From Candidatus Methanosuratincola verstraetei (lineage in GTDB: Archaea; Thermoproteota; Methanomethylicia; Methanomethylicales; Methanomethylicaceae), in the NCBI GenBank assembly GCA_049570475.1, contig CP186953.1, forward strand, positions 896,185 through 960,184: a stretch of 64,000 nucleotides of DNA, in the 5' to 3' direction. A model generated the notes under the pieces. It did no database searches. It had not been told where the DNA came from and saw nothing but the letters and a program-made list of their open reading frames with translations. The position numbers and the translations under genes were made by a program. This document shows positions 17,296-25,320 of the stretch, piece after piece; the first letter of the stretch is position 1, and the number at the start of each line of letters is the position of its first letter.

Positions 17296-17967
17296 TCATG
17301 TAGGTCCAGGTTGAGTGTATTGGATAGGCCACTGGGACTCGTTCCACTGCACCGCGTATAGCTTTATCGTGTACTGCAGCGTGGCGCCCTCTGGTGCAGT
17401 CTGGAGCACGTGCACCCACCAGCTGTACTCGTTCGAGCGTTCGCCTGGATCTATCTGCTCCCCAAGTGGCTCTAGCCACAGTATCTCAATGTCCGGAAGC
17501 CCGTCGCCAGTACAGTCGACTGCAAAGTCCTTGAGTTTTGTGTACGGGTAAGTATAGTTTGTTATCAGGTTCCCTTGCCCGTCGTAGAACTCGATGTATT
17601 CGAGGTGTATCGGCACAGTCCCAGTGTTGCGGAAGTAAACCGAGAACATTGCCATGTAGCATGGGTAAGTATTGTACATCGTGAAGGTGGCTGACATCCC
17701 GTCAGGCGCTATCACGCAATCTGTCCAACCCACATCCTTGCGTTCAGGCACAATGAAGCTATTGCCTTCGAACCCTGGCAGAATCGATCTGTCCGGTTGC
17801 TTCCCGGCGTCCGAAGTGAACTGATCTACTATCTTCCACTCCAAGTAACCCGTATTCACAGTGCCATCCACGTATAATGTTTGGAACCAAAGCCCGTATG
17901 TCGCCGAAAATGCAAAGAGCGCAACGACCAGTGCAGCAGGAATCAGCACCAGCTTCATGTTAGTCAT
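17296..17967 (-). CDS. TasA/camelysin-like secreted protein, paralog 2
   Basis: Signal anchor plus ATYGLWFQTLYVDGTVNTGYL, comparable to the TasA/SipW-dependent signal region A-x-F-x-D ... G-T-L. Shares YPCYMAMF and NTGTVP motifs with paralog 1. Confidence 0.75.
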   Translation of the reverse strand: MTNMKLVLIPAALVVALFAFSATYGLWFQTLYVDGTVNTGYLEWKIVDQFTSDAGKQPDRSILPGFEGNSFIVPERKDVGWTDCVIAPDGMSATFTMYNTYPCYMAMFSVYFRNTGTVPIHLEYIEFYDGQGNLITNYTYPYTKLKDFAVDCTGDGLPDIEILWLEPLGEQIDPGERSNEYSWWVHVLQTAPEGATLQYTIKLYAVQWNESQWPIQYTQPGPT

Positions 17968-17977
17968 TTAAGTCCCC

Positions 17978-18610
17978 TCACTCGGCTAAATCCGCCAGCC
18001 ATTCCTCGTTGCTGTCATATCCTGCTGGCGGCTTAGTCGGCCACTCGTTCCACTGCTCGACGACTACCTTGAAGGTGAACGTGTATGTTGAGTTCTCCTG
18101 AGCGTCGTTAGTTAGGTGAATGGCAAATACTCCCCACGCAGACTCTCCTGGGTGCACCTGGGTCCCGTTCTCTATGAACATCTTTTCACCTATTTGTGGG
18201 TGTTGAGCAGGCAAGTCGATTAAATTCAAGAACTTCTCGTCCCAGGGGACAAATTGCACAGTGCCTGGGAATCCCTCAGTCACGAGCGATGTGTCATAGA
18301 TCTTCCATGGGATTGTGCCGGTGTTCGTCAAGTCAATTAGTGCATAGTACCAGATGCAAGGATATGCGTTTTCGACTGTCACATAGAGTGTGTACGGATC
18401 ATCACCACATGCTCTGACTGTTATGTTGCTATAGTCCTTCTCGGGTGGTTCGCTGTCCCAAGCCGGGTGTATGCTCCACCGTGCGTCGAGGGTGCCCGTA
18501 TAGACGGTGCCATATATGTACAGCGCCTGGAACCAAAGTCCGTAAGTCACTCCGAGCATAAGCACGGCCGCTAGAGATACTCCTAGTATTACTCCCATTT
18601 TACTTTTCAT
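17978..18610 (-). CDS. TasA/camelysin-like secreted protein, paralog 1
   Basis: MKSKMGVILGVSLAAVLMLGVTYGLWFQALYIYGTVYTGTLD, with YPCIWYY and NTGTIP motifs. SD-like AAAGGAGATGG lies 6 nt upstream of the ATG. Confidence 0.75.
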   Translation of the reverse strand: MKSKMGVILGVSLAAVLMLGVTYGLWFQALYIYGTVYTGTLDARWSIHPAWDSEPPEKDYSNITVRACGDDPYTLYVTVENAYPCIWYYALIDLTNTGTIPWKIYDTSLVTEGFPGTVQFVPWDEKFLNLIDLPAQHPQIGEKMFIENGTQVHPGESAWGVFAIHLTNDAQENSTYTFTFKVVVEQWNEWPTKPPAGYDSNEEWLADLAE

Positions 18611-19010
18611 TTTTTACCATCTCCTTTACCGGGGGTATTTATGGTCGGGTGACTCAGGCACCCCCGATTTTATGCCTGGTCGAATTTAATATTATATACC
18701 GTTATTAATAAAAAATAACGTATTATTTTTTCTTATAAATAATACGTATTAAAAATACTTACTTTAGGTACTTTAACAGCGGTTTGAATCAGTTGCAGCC
18801 ATTTTGTGGAAAATTTACACCTGAGAAACAATCCTGATGTTGACGAGGCTTTGCTGCAAAAGGTAGCCGCAGTTTTATTTGGCACACCCTGAGTGACTGG
18901 GACTTGATTGACCTGATCCCTTGCTGAGGCTGCAACACTCCGACTGTCTGACGATAAAGGTTTCGATTGGCGCCCCCCGAACGCCTGCGAACCCGTGTTC
19001 GAGGATTGCG

Positions 19011-19098
19011 TGGTGCGGGGAGTGGGATTTGAACCCACGAAGGCCTTCGCCACAAGGTCCTGAGCCTTGCGCCTTTGACCTGACTTGGCGACCCCCGC
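19011..19098 (-). tRNA. tRNA-Leu (anticodon CAG), class II with long variable arm, CCA encoded
   Basis: Hand fold: acceptor GCGGGGG/TCCCCGC, D arm GCC/GGC, anticodon stem CAAGG/CCTTG with loop CTCAGGA. The variable arm is TGGCGAAGGCCTTC, the T arm is GTGGG-TTCAAAT-CCCAC, the discriminator is A, and CCA follows. Confidence 0.9.
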
Positions 19099-19142
19099 CT
19101 GCCCTACTAATTTTATAAGAGTCACATATATTCTTAACAGGT
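19099..19142. promoter_or_regulatory. 44-nt divergent spacer with two back-to-back TATA-like boxes (tRNA-Leu and IMPase gene)
   Basis: TTTATAAG (plus strand, ~19112-19119) sits ~27 nt before ATG 19143. AATATATG (minus strand, ~19124-19131) sits ~27-30 nt before the tRNA 5' end. Confidence 0.4.
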
Positions 19143-19988
19143 ATGAGCCTGGATCTCCTGAAAGGCGTCTGCAGGTCTGCGCTTTCCGCAATATCTGGAT
19201 TCTCGGCGCGGTCGCCCCCGTCCTCACTCCGCGAGGTCGTGAAGAGAGGGGCAGGCGGCGACCTGACCAAGCGGATAGACAAGGTGGCGGAGGACGCAGC
19301 GGTCTCCTATCTCGAGTCCGCGGGCTTCAGGGGCAGCCTGCTCAGCGAAGAGCTGGGGGTAAAGCGCTTCGGCGGCGAGGAGTACCCGCTCGTGGTCCTT
19401 GATCCAGTCGACGGGACCACTAACGCGACGCGCGGGATAGCCCTTTACTCGATCTCGGCAGCCATCGCTCTGGGCCCGCGCCTTTCGGATGTCGAGTCCG
19501 CAGTCGTGATGGAGATCCCATCGGGAAGAGCCTTCTGGGCGGAGAGGGGGTCTGGCGCCTTCCTTGACGGGGTGCCGATAAGGGTCAACGATGGGGTGGA
19601 CGTGCCAAAGTCGCTGGCTGGTCTCGACTTCAACGTACGGGGAAACCGGGAAAAGGTCTACGAGGTGCTGCCTGTCCTCCTCTCTGTGAAGCACATCAGG
19701 AACCTCGGGTCGGCAGCCCTCGGACTATGCTACACCGCCTCCGGCGCCCTCGACTTCTACTTGGACAACCGCCTCCTCCTTCGGGTAACGGACATCGCCG
19801 CCTCCGTCCTCATACTCAGGGAGGCAGGCGCAAAGGTGCTGGACCTGGAGGGGAACGATCTGGACTGCGCTCTCGAACTGGCTGAGCGGGTTGAGCTGAT
19901 CGCTGGGTGCGAAAAGGTCTGCAGGGAAGTCCTTTCCCTGATCAGAAGGAATGCGCGCCCAAAAACCTGGAAAAAGTTCAGTCCTTGA
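19143..19988 (+). CDS. inositol monophosphatase / fructose-1,6-bisphosphatase family protein
   Basis: LSEELG, VVLDPVDGTTNA and the distal WD-like region. Typical archaeal IMPase/FBPase length. Confidence 0.85.
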   Translation: MSLDLLKGVCRSALSAISGFSARSPPSSLREVVKRGAGGDLTKRIDKVAEDAAVSYLESAGFRGSLLSEELGVKRFGGEEYPLVVLDPVDGTTNATRGIALYSISAAIALGPRLSDVESAVVMEIPSGRAFWAERGSGAFLDGVPIRVNDGVDVPKSLAGLDFNVRGNREKVYEVLPVLLSVKHIRNLGSAALGLCYTASGALDFYLDNRLLLRVTDIAASVLILREAGAKVLDLEGNDLDCALELAERVELIAGCEKVCREVLSLIRRNARPKTWKKFSP

Positions 19989-20253
19989 CCTGCTCGAGGA
20001 TGCTTATCGCCTGCCAGATTGCCGTCCTGGCGAATAACGGCATGTTGGGGTCCTGGCCGCACTCCTCGAGTATGCTGATGGCGTTTGCAGCCTTGACGGC
20101 GTCGGAGTATGTCTTCCCCTGCAGTGTCTTCATCGCTTCCGAGGCCGCCCTCCTGATGTTCCGGGGGACCCCGTTGTCGTCTGCTATCCTCTGGAGGACA
20201 TTGATTGCTTGGGTCATCTTATCACTGCTCATTTCGAACCACCTTTTCAGCAA
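19978..20253 (-). CDS. UPF0147 family protein
   Basis: IADDNGVPRNIRRAASEAMKTL is characteristic of the archaeal UPF0147 family. Start uncertain (ATG at 20253 or 20232). Confidence 0.6.
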   Translation of the reverse strand: MLKRWFEMSSDKMTQAINVLQRIADDNGVPRNIRRAASEAMKTLQGKTYSDAVKAANAISILEECGQDPNMPLFARTAIWQAISILEQVKD

Positions 20254-20297
20254 ATAGGCATATAATCCTCCTTATTACCTTTATTCTGTGTGGTTTT

Positions 20298-20651
20298 ATG
20301 AGCGCCAGGGACTCGCAGGTCAAGCGCATGGCTGACCTACTACGGGAAGGGGCGACAATGCTCTCCCAGGCATGTCCTGAGTGCAAGACCCCGCTTTTCC
20401 GCCTCTCCAGCGGCGAGGTGGTCTGCCCAGGGTGCAACAAGCGTGTAGTCTTCGCCAAACCTTCCGAGACAGAGAGGGTTGCATCCCAATCTGTAGTTGC
20501 TTCGAGCCTCGAGGAGGTGCTCATTGAAAAGATCTCCGAGTTACAGTCCAGTCTCCGCATGTCAAAAGACGTCTCTGAGATCGAGCGGTATGCAAAGGTC
20601 CTCTCCTCGCTCTTTGAACTCCTCGAGAAGGTAAGGGGGGCAAAGCGCTAG
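20298..20651 (+). CDS. zinc-ribbon protein of the autoantigen p27 / UPF0148 family
   Basis: MADLLREGATMLSQACPECKTPLFRLSSGEVVCPGCN. ATG 20298 chosen; the upstream part of the ORF overlaps the opposite-strand gene. Confidence 0.6.
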   Translation: MSARDSQVKRMADLLREGATMLSQACPECKTPLFRLSSGEVVCPGCNKRVVFAKPSETERVASQSVVASSLEEVLIEKISELQSSLRMSKDVSEIERYAKVLSSLFELLEKVRGAKR

Positions 20652-20681
20652 CAGGATTGCACTGGTCATGGCGTGGACGGG

Positions 20682-21440
20682 CTACTCCGAATCCCTCTCC
20701 TGCTGCCGCCCATCAAGGGGTTTCGTCTTGTACCCCCCATAGGGCGTAGATGCGACCTCCCTGATCCTCCTCGCCTTCTTAGGGCCGATCTTCTCTACCC
20801 TCTGGAGTTCCTCCTCGCTGGCTGAAAATACTGCCTGAACTGTCCCGAACTCCGCCAGGAGCCTCCTTGCAGTCGAGACTTCAACCATGGGAAGGCTGGC
20901 CACGACATACTCTTTCTCCTCATCCGGGGTCCTGGGGCGTCTCCTGTCCTTCAGGCTGATCGAGACGCCTGCCTGCCTCTGCTCCCTCCTGGCTATTGCG
21001 ACTATGAAGCCCGCCGCATCCTCAGGACCTTCCGCGGTGATCACCGGGATCCCGAAGTCGAGGATCATGCTCGCGACTGCTCCCCTGATCGCCTCCCTGG
21101 AGACCCCGATCTCCGCACTCCTGCCCATCTCCAGGAGGATTATCGGTCGGGGGTAGCACTCCTTGAGCGCCTGAGCCTGCGAGAAGAGCCTCCTGTCAAC
21201 AATGGACGCCGCGAGGTCAGCGTACGCCTTTCTCTCTATTGCTACCTCTTCCGAGACGACATAGTCCCCGACCTTGAGCGTCCTGTACTCGATCTTAACG
21301 CCTAGCGCAGCCAGAGCCATGGCGGTCTGGGATGGCGCTTCCCTCCGATCCACAATCACCTCTAACGTTCCGTTGCCAGTCCCCTTCCCCTTCAGGAACT
21401 TCAGGAGCGTCTCTCCCTGCCTCTCAGCACCAGAGGGCAA
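20682..21440 (-). CDS. xpf: short XPF/ERCC4-type structure-specific endonuclease (nuclease plus HhH2, no helicase domain)
   Basis: ERCC4 motif VGDYVVSEEVAIERK, and a C-terminal (HhH)2 region (LPMVEVSTARRLLAEFGTVQAV ... VEKIGPKKARRI). Confidence 0.8.
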   Translation of the reverse strand: MPSGAERQGETLLKFLKGKGTGNGTLEVIVDRREAPSQTAMALAALGVKIEYRTLKVGDYVVSEEVAIERKAYADLAASIVDRRLFSQAQALKECYPRPIILLEMGRSAEIGVSREAIRGAVASMILDFGIPVITAEGPEDAAGFIVAIARREQRQAGVSISLKDRRRPRTPDEEKEYVVASLPMVEVSTARRLLAEFGTVQAVFSASEEELQRVEKIGPKKARRIREVASTPYGGYKTKPLDGRQQERDSE

Positions 21441-21504
21441 AATGCCTCACCGGGAAGATCTCGATGGGATAGGCATATAATCGGATCGCCCCAGATCTTA
21501 TCCC

Positions 21505-22113
21505 ATGCCCGATCTCAAGAGGGGTGTATTCATCGCACTGGAGGGCGTGGACGGCGCTGGATCGTCCACGCAGACCCGCCTCCTCGTAGACCTGCTGGTG
21601 GAAAAGGGCTTCAGGGCTGTCGCGACAAAGGAGCCCAACCCGGGCGGCTTCATCGAGCCTGCCATCAGGCTCTCGCTTGCGCAACCCTCCGGATCGCCTG
21701 TTGTCGACGCCCTGCTCTTCGCGGCTGACCGCGCAGACCACGTGGAGCGCCTGATAAGGCCCGCGCTTGCGGACCGCAAGATAGTGGTTTCGGACCGGTA
21801 CCTCGAGTCCTCCATAGCCTACCAGTGCGCCCAGGGGCTCGATGAGAGGTGGATCCTCGCGATCAACAAGCACGCGCTAAAGCCGGACCTCACGATAATA
21901 ATGGACATCGATCCCGAGATCTCCCTCAAGAGGAAGGGATCCCCCAGGGAGCGTTACGAGAATTCTGATTTTCTCAAGAGGGTGCGGGAGAAGTTCCTGG
22001 AGAGGGCGGAGAGGAAGGGGCACGAGGTCGTAGACGCCTCCAAGCCGGTCGAAGAGGTCCATGCGGAAATCGTCAGGAAGGTCCTACCGCTGCTCATCTC
22101 GGTTGTACCTTAA
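21505..22113 (+). CDS. tmk: thymidylate kinase family protein (atypical P-loop)
   Basis: FIALEGVDGAGSSTQ, DRYLESSIAYQ and the lid region RKGSPRERYE. The Walker A lysine position is Ser. Confidence 0.75.
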   Translation: MPDLKRGVFIALEGVDGAGSSTQTRLLVDLLVEKGFRAVATKEPNPGGFIEPAIRLSLAQPSGSPVVDALLFAADRADHVERLIRPALADRKIVVSDRYLESSIAYQCAQGLDERWILAINKHALKPDLTIIMDIDPEISLKRKGSPRERYENSDFLKRVREKFLERAERKGHEVVDASKPVEEVHAEIVRKVLPLLISVVP

Positions 22114-22162
22114 CAAAGTCGCCAATCTTAAGTTCGGTTTCTGCCCGTCCTGAACCGAGCGG

Positions 22163-23425
22163 TCAGTAGGATATCCTTGCGGACTCCGGCAGGCGCCCGA
22201 GTATCTTCTCTGAAGCCTCCTTCACCCTATCCCTGTCCCCCTCATACGTGTAGACCCTGACTATGTTCATGAAGCCCTTCAGCACCTCTATTATCTTCGA
22301 GATCTTCGTAGCCTTCAGCACACACTTGCCCGCGGCGTCGACCACCGGTATCTCCATGGGGTCGAGGGAGAGCTTGTGGAAGTATGGTATGGACGGTAGC
22401 GAAGGGGTGTCTATGAAGACGCTCGAGGGCGGTATCCCCGCCAGGTCAGCTATCTCTGACTCGACTTCTTTCCTTATCCCGTCCAGGCTGAAGAGCCCCG
22501 AGATCGCCTTGTCCTCAGCTTGGAGCTCCCTCTCGTAAGCGCACTTGAGGAGCCGCCTTGACTCGAGGTCCCTTATTATCTGCGTGGACTTTTCGCACCT
22601 CTTCAGATCCGCCCAGACGCTGTAGTCGTCTAGCTCGAGGTACTCGTCCGGGATCTTGAAGCTGCAGAGCCCGAGCTCCTCCTCAGCCGCCTCAAGGGCC
22701 CTTACCAGCAGGATCTGGGCAGATCTCGCGGTCTTGTGGTAATATATCGCCCTGAACGACTCTATCCTCGCTATCAGGAAAGCCTCGAGGGCAGCGAGCG
22801 CAGAGCTGTCCACAACGAGTGTGTCATCGACAACGTCCATCTTGTAGATCAGCCTGTATATGTCGATCTTTCCGTACTCTGCACCCGTGTGGTGCGTGTC
22901 CCTGGAGAGGAAGTCCATCTTGTCGACGTCTACGGCACTCGAGATGATCTGGTTCATGAAAGGTCTTGCTTTCTGATCCCTGCCCACTGCCAGGTCTGCT
23001 ATCTCGTCCGGGCTGAAGCCGTGCCTGGAGATTATGTCGCTCAGCTCGGTCCCCCTCACGATCCAGGGGGTGAGGTCCTCGTGGGTCTTGTTCAGCCTCT
23101 TCATCAGGACCTGCTCGAAGGTGTGCGAGAAAGGCCCGTGCCCCAGGTCGTGGCAAAGTCCTGCCAGCCTGATCCTCTGGATCTCGTCCTTGTCCATCCC
23201 GATCGGGAGCGCCTTTCCGAGCAGTCCTGCGAGGTGCATTACCCCGACCGAGTGTTCAAACCTTGTGTGGTTCGCCCCGGGGTAGACGTAATCTGCGAAG
23301 ACGAGCTGCTTGATCCTCCTGAGCCTCTGGAGCGGCAGGGTGTCGATTACCTCCTTCTCGGTCTCAGTGATGTGGACATAGCCATGGACCGGATCCTTTA
23401 TCATCCCCCAGGGTCTATCCATCAT
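22163..23425 (-). CDS. HD-domain phosphohydrolase (SAMHD1/dGTPase-like, COG1078 type)
   Basis: RFEHSVGVMHLAG ... GLCHDLGHGPFSH ... DVDKMDFLSRD. Confidence 0.85.
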   Translation of the reverse strand: MMDRPWGMIKDPVHGYVHITETEKEVIDTLPLQRLRRIKQLVFADYVYPGANHTRFEHSVGVMHLAGLLGKALPIGMDKDEIQRIRLAGLCHDLGHGPFSHTFEQVLMKRLNKTHEDLTPWIVRGTELSDIISRHGFSPDEIADLAVGRDQKARPFMNQIISSAVDVDKMDFLSRDTHHTGAEYGKIDIYRLIYKMDVVDDTLVVDSSALAALEAFLIARIESFRAIYYHKTARSAQILLVRALEAAEEELGLCSFKIPDEYLELDDYSVWADLKRCEKSTQIIRDLESRRLLKCAYERELQAEDKAISGLFSLDGIRKEVESEIADLAGIPPSSVFIDTPSLPSIPYFHKLSLDPMEIPVVDAAGKCVLKATKISKIIEVLKGFMNIVRVYTYEGDRDRVKEASEKILGRLPESARISY

Positions 23426-23638
23426 TCATCCCGACAAAAATATCGATCTGTGATGTCTTAACCTTTGCCATCCGACCGACTGCATTTCGACACATAATGC
23501 CTGAAATTAGCACATCCTGAAAGGGCACTTCCAAAAACCGTCATCCGTTTATGGGTTCGCGCGTGCATGATCTGCCTGATCCCGCTGGCAAGCCCTTCAA
23601 GATGGCGCAGGAAGCCAGTGCCCCCATGTGGTCGCCCC

Positions 23639-24067
23639 TCAGTGGCGCGGGACTCGCCTCTTCACCATCACAAAGCCGGTGGCCCCGTCCACCTCGACCC
23701 AGTCCCCGCTCCTGATCTCGGATATTGGATCTGCGTCGAGCCTGTCGACAAGGGGGATCTCGGCGAGTATGCACCCGACGGCGATTATCGCCTCCGTCTC
23801 CAAATTTATTATCGCCGCTGGTGCGTGCCCGTTCTTCCTCAGCTGGTAGATGACATAGGAGCCGACTGTGCTGCCCTTTCCCTTCGGGAACACGAGCACC
23901 TTGTCCGTCACATCCTTGCCGAGGAGCTCATGGCCCCTCTCCCTGATTTTCCCCGTGTCTGGATCAACGCCGCCGAAGAAGGATATCTCCTGCCCGGTGA
24001 CGAGCGCCTCTCCTTCGCCCCTGAACTTTGCAACCCCCCTGCCCCTGAAGACCGCCTCATCTGCCAT
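23639..24067 (-). CDS. aconitase X swivel-domain protein (DUF126); putative phosphomevalonate dehydratase small subunit
   Basis: 142 aa with GEALVTGQEISFFGGVDPDTG ... VLVFPKGKGSTVGSYV. 11-nt overlap with the large subunit gene. Confidence 0.8.
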   Translation of the reverse strand: MADEAVFRGRGVAKFRGEGEALVTGQEISFFGGVDPDTGKIRERGHELLGKDVTDKVLVFPKGKGSTVGSYVIYQLRKNGHAPAAIINLETEAIIAVGCILAEIPLVDRLDADPISEIRSGDWVEVDGATGFVMVKRRVPRH

Positions 24068-25310
24068 TCTCCATCACCCTTGACACCGCCTCGCGCAGCT
24101 CGGCTACCGTCGTCTTCATTCCCGCGGTTGACGGGACGTAGTGTGCAGCCTTGCACGAGTCCGTCACCATGTGCCTGAAGCCTGCCCTTTCGAGAGGGCA
24201 GACTACCATGCATGTGTCGGTGAAGACCATCCCTCCAGCCTCCTCAATCGTGCGGACATGACCAGTCCTCTCGCCCTCTTCCCTGACCTTCTTCGAGGTC
24301 CAGACCCATAGTGCCTTGCCATGGGCGACTCTTCTCCCCTTCACCAGCCTTGCCACCTCCTCCAGCTCTTCAAGGCTGCAGTGGGGGCAGCCGATGCAGC
24401 AGAGATCCGGTTCGCCGTCGCAAGTGAGCGCTTCGCGGCAATCCTCAAGGTCGCGTGCCCCTACCGCCACCCGCTCCAGCCCTCTGCACTGCCACCTCCC
24501 GGCCTCGGGTGTGACCCCGGGGATGTGGAACATCGCGATCCCTCCAGATGCCGCGAGGGCTGCGGACATAATCTTGAGATCGTCTCGGTCAGCACGGCGT
24601 ATCCCTTCGAAGAGCGGCACCCCGCTGCCGACCCTCCTGCCGACCGCATACCCAAGAAGGCTGAAATCGTGCCTCGTCCTCAACTCCGCCTGCACATCGA
24701 TAATCACCGTCGGCGCCCGGTTCTCCTCCAGGTGGAGCCCGTACATGGGGGTCCTCCCTACGATGGCTGCTGCGAGCGCGGATGGGCCCCCCTCCCTGTT
24801 CGTCCTCGCCCCTATCACAGAGTTCGCGTAGCAGACGGCAGACGACTCGGACCAGGCTATGTGATCCCCCTCCTTCGGGAGGTTTCCTACCAGGTAGGGG
24901 GTGCATGTGCAGGTCGTGCTCACGCCCATCCTCCTGAAAGCCTCGATGATCCTCAGCTGCTTCGCGCGGTAGGACCCGTCAACCCCCATCTCCTTCCACC
25001 TTTCCAGGTCCATTCCGCATGGGTTGAGCGTGGTCGGGACCCTCACCCTGGCTCCATTCTCGGCCCAGTCCTCCAAGAGCTGGAGCCCAGCATCCCCTAT
25101 GTTCCCGTATGAGACCCCGGAGACCTGGGAACTAGTGACCCTAACCATCCTCTCCGCGCCCATGACCTCCCCGATAGCCACGAGGAGCTCCATCGCCTTC
25201 TTCGCCGCAGCCCCTTCCCTGCCGTTGAGAATCCCTTCCTCCTCGCTGTCCAGATGCAATGCGATGCCCCCAAATCGCTTACACATTCTTTCCCAAACTA
25301 TGCCCGCCAC
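24057..25310 (-). CDS. aconitase X catalytic-domain protein (DUF521); putative phosphomevalonate dehydratase large subunit
   Basis: 417 aa with conserved Cys (TCTCTPY, CCIGCPHCS, TDTCMVVCP), typical of AcnX large subunits. Confidence 0.8.
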   Translation of the reverse strand: MAGIVWERMCKRFGGIALHLDSEEEGILNGREGAAAKKAMELLVAIGEVMGAERMVRVTSSQVSGVSYGNIGDAGLQLLEDWAENGARVRVPTTLNPCGMDLERWKEMGVDGSYRAKQLRIIEAFRRMGVSTTCTCTPYLVGNLPKEGDHIAWSESSAVCYANSVIGARTNREGGPSALAAAIVGRTPMYGLHLEENRAPTVIIDVQAELRTRHDFSLLGYAVGRRVGSGVPLFEGIRRADRDDLKIMSAALAASGGIAMFHIPGVTPEAGRWQCRGLERVAVGARDLEDCREALTCDGEPDLCCIGCPHCSLEELEEVARLVKGRRVAHGKALWVWTSKKVREEGERTGHVRTIEEAGGMVFTDTCMVVCPLERAGFRHMVTDSCKAAHYVPSTAGMKTTVAELREAVSRVMENGR

Positions 25311-25320
25311 TCAGCCCCCT

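Noticed and set aside
18830-18960. C/D box sRNA between the fibre operon and tRNA-Leu
   Set aside because: TGATGT/TGATTGA and CTGA elements occur. However, the spacing does not fit the archaeal C-12nt-D'-C'-12nt-D architecture: there is no convincing C' box, the D'-D distance is 20 nt, and there is no terminal stem.
11500-19100. Accessory block as a tRNA-Leu-targeted integrated element / genomic island
   Set aside because: No integrase, transposase or other mobile-element gene is present. I found no direct repeat of the tRNA 3' half at the far boundary (11282-11517). The composition is not visibly different from the flanks. Adjacency to a tRNA alone is insufficient.
18733-19227. 164-aa and 135-aa minus-strand ORFs around 18.7-19.3 kb
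   Set aside because: They read straight through the tRNA-Leu gene and its promoter, and the translation is Arg/Ser/Gly-rich. They are not credible coding sequences.
22736-23461. 241-aa plus-strand ORF
   Set aside because: Antisense to the HD-domain gene, which has clear HD motifs. The translation has the Pro/Val/Arg-rich composition typical of GC-rich antisense frames.
24321-25112. 263-aa plus-strand ORF (and 24316-24831)
   Set aside because: Antisense to the AcnX large subunit gene, Pro/Arg-rich, with no motifs.
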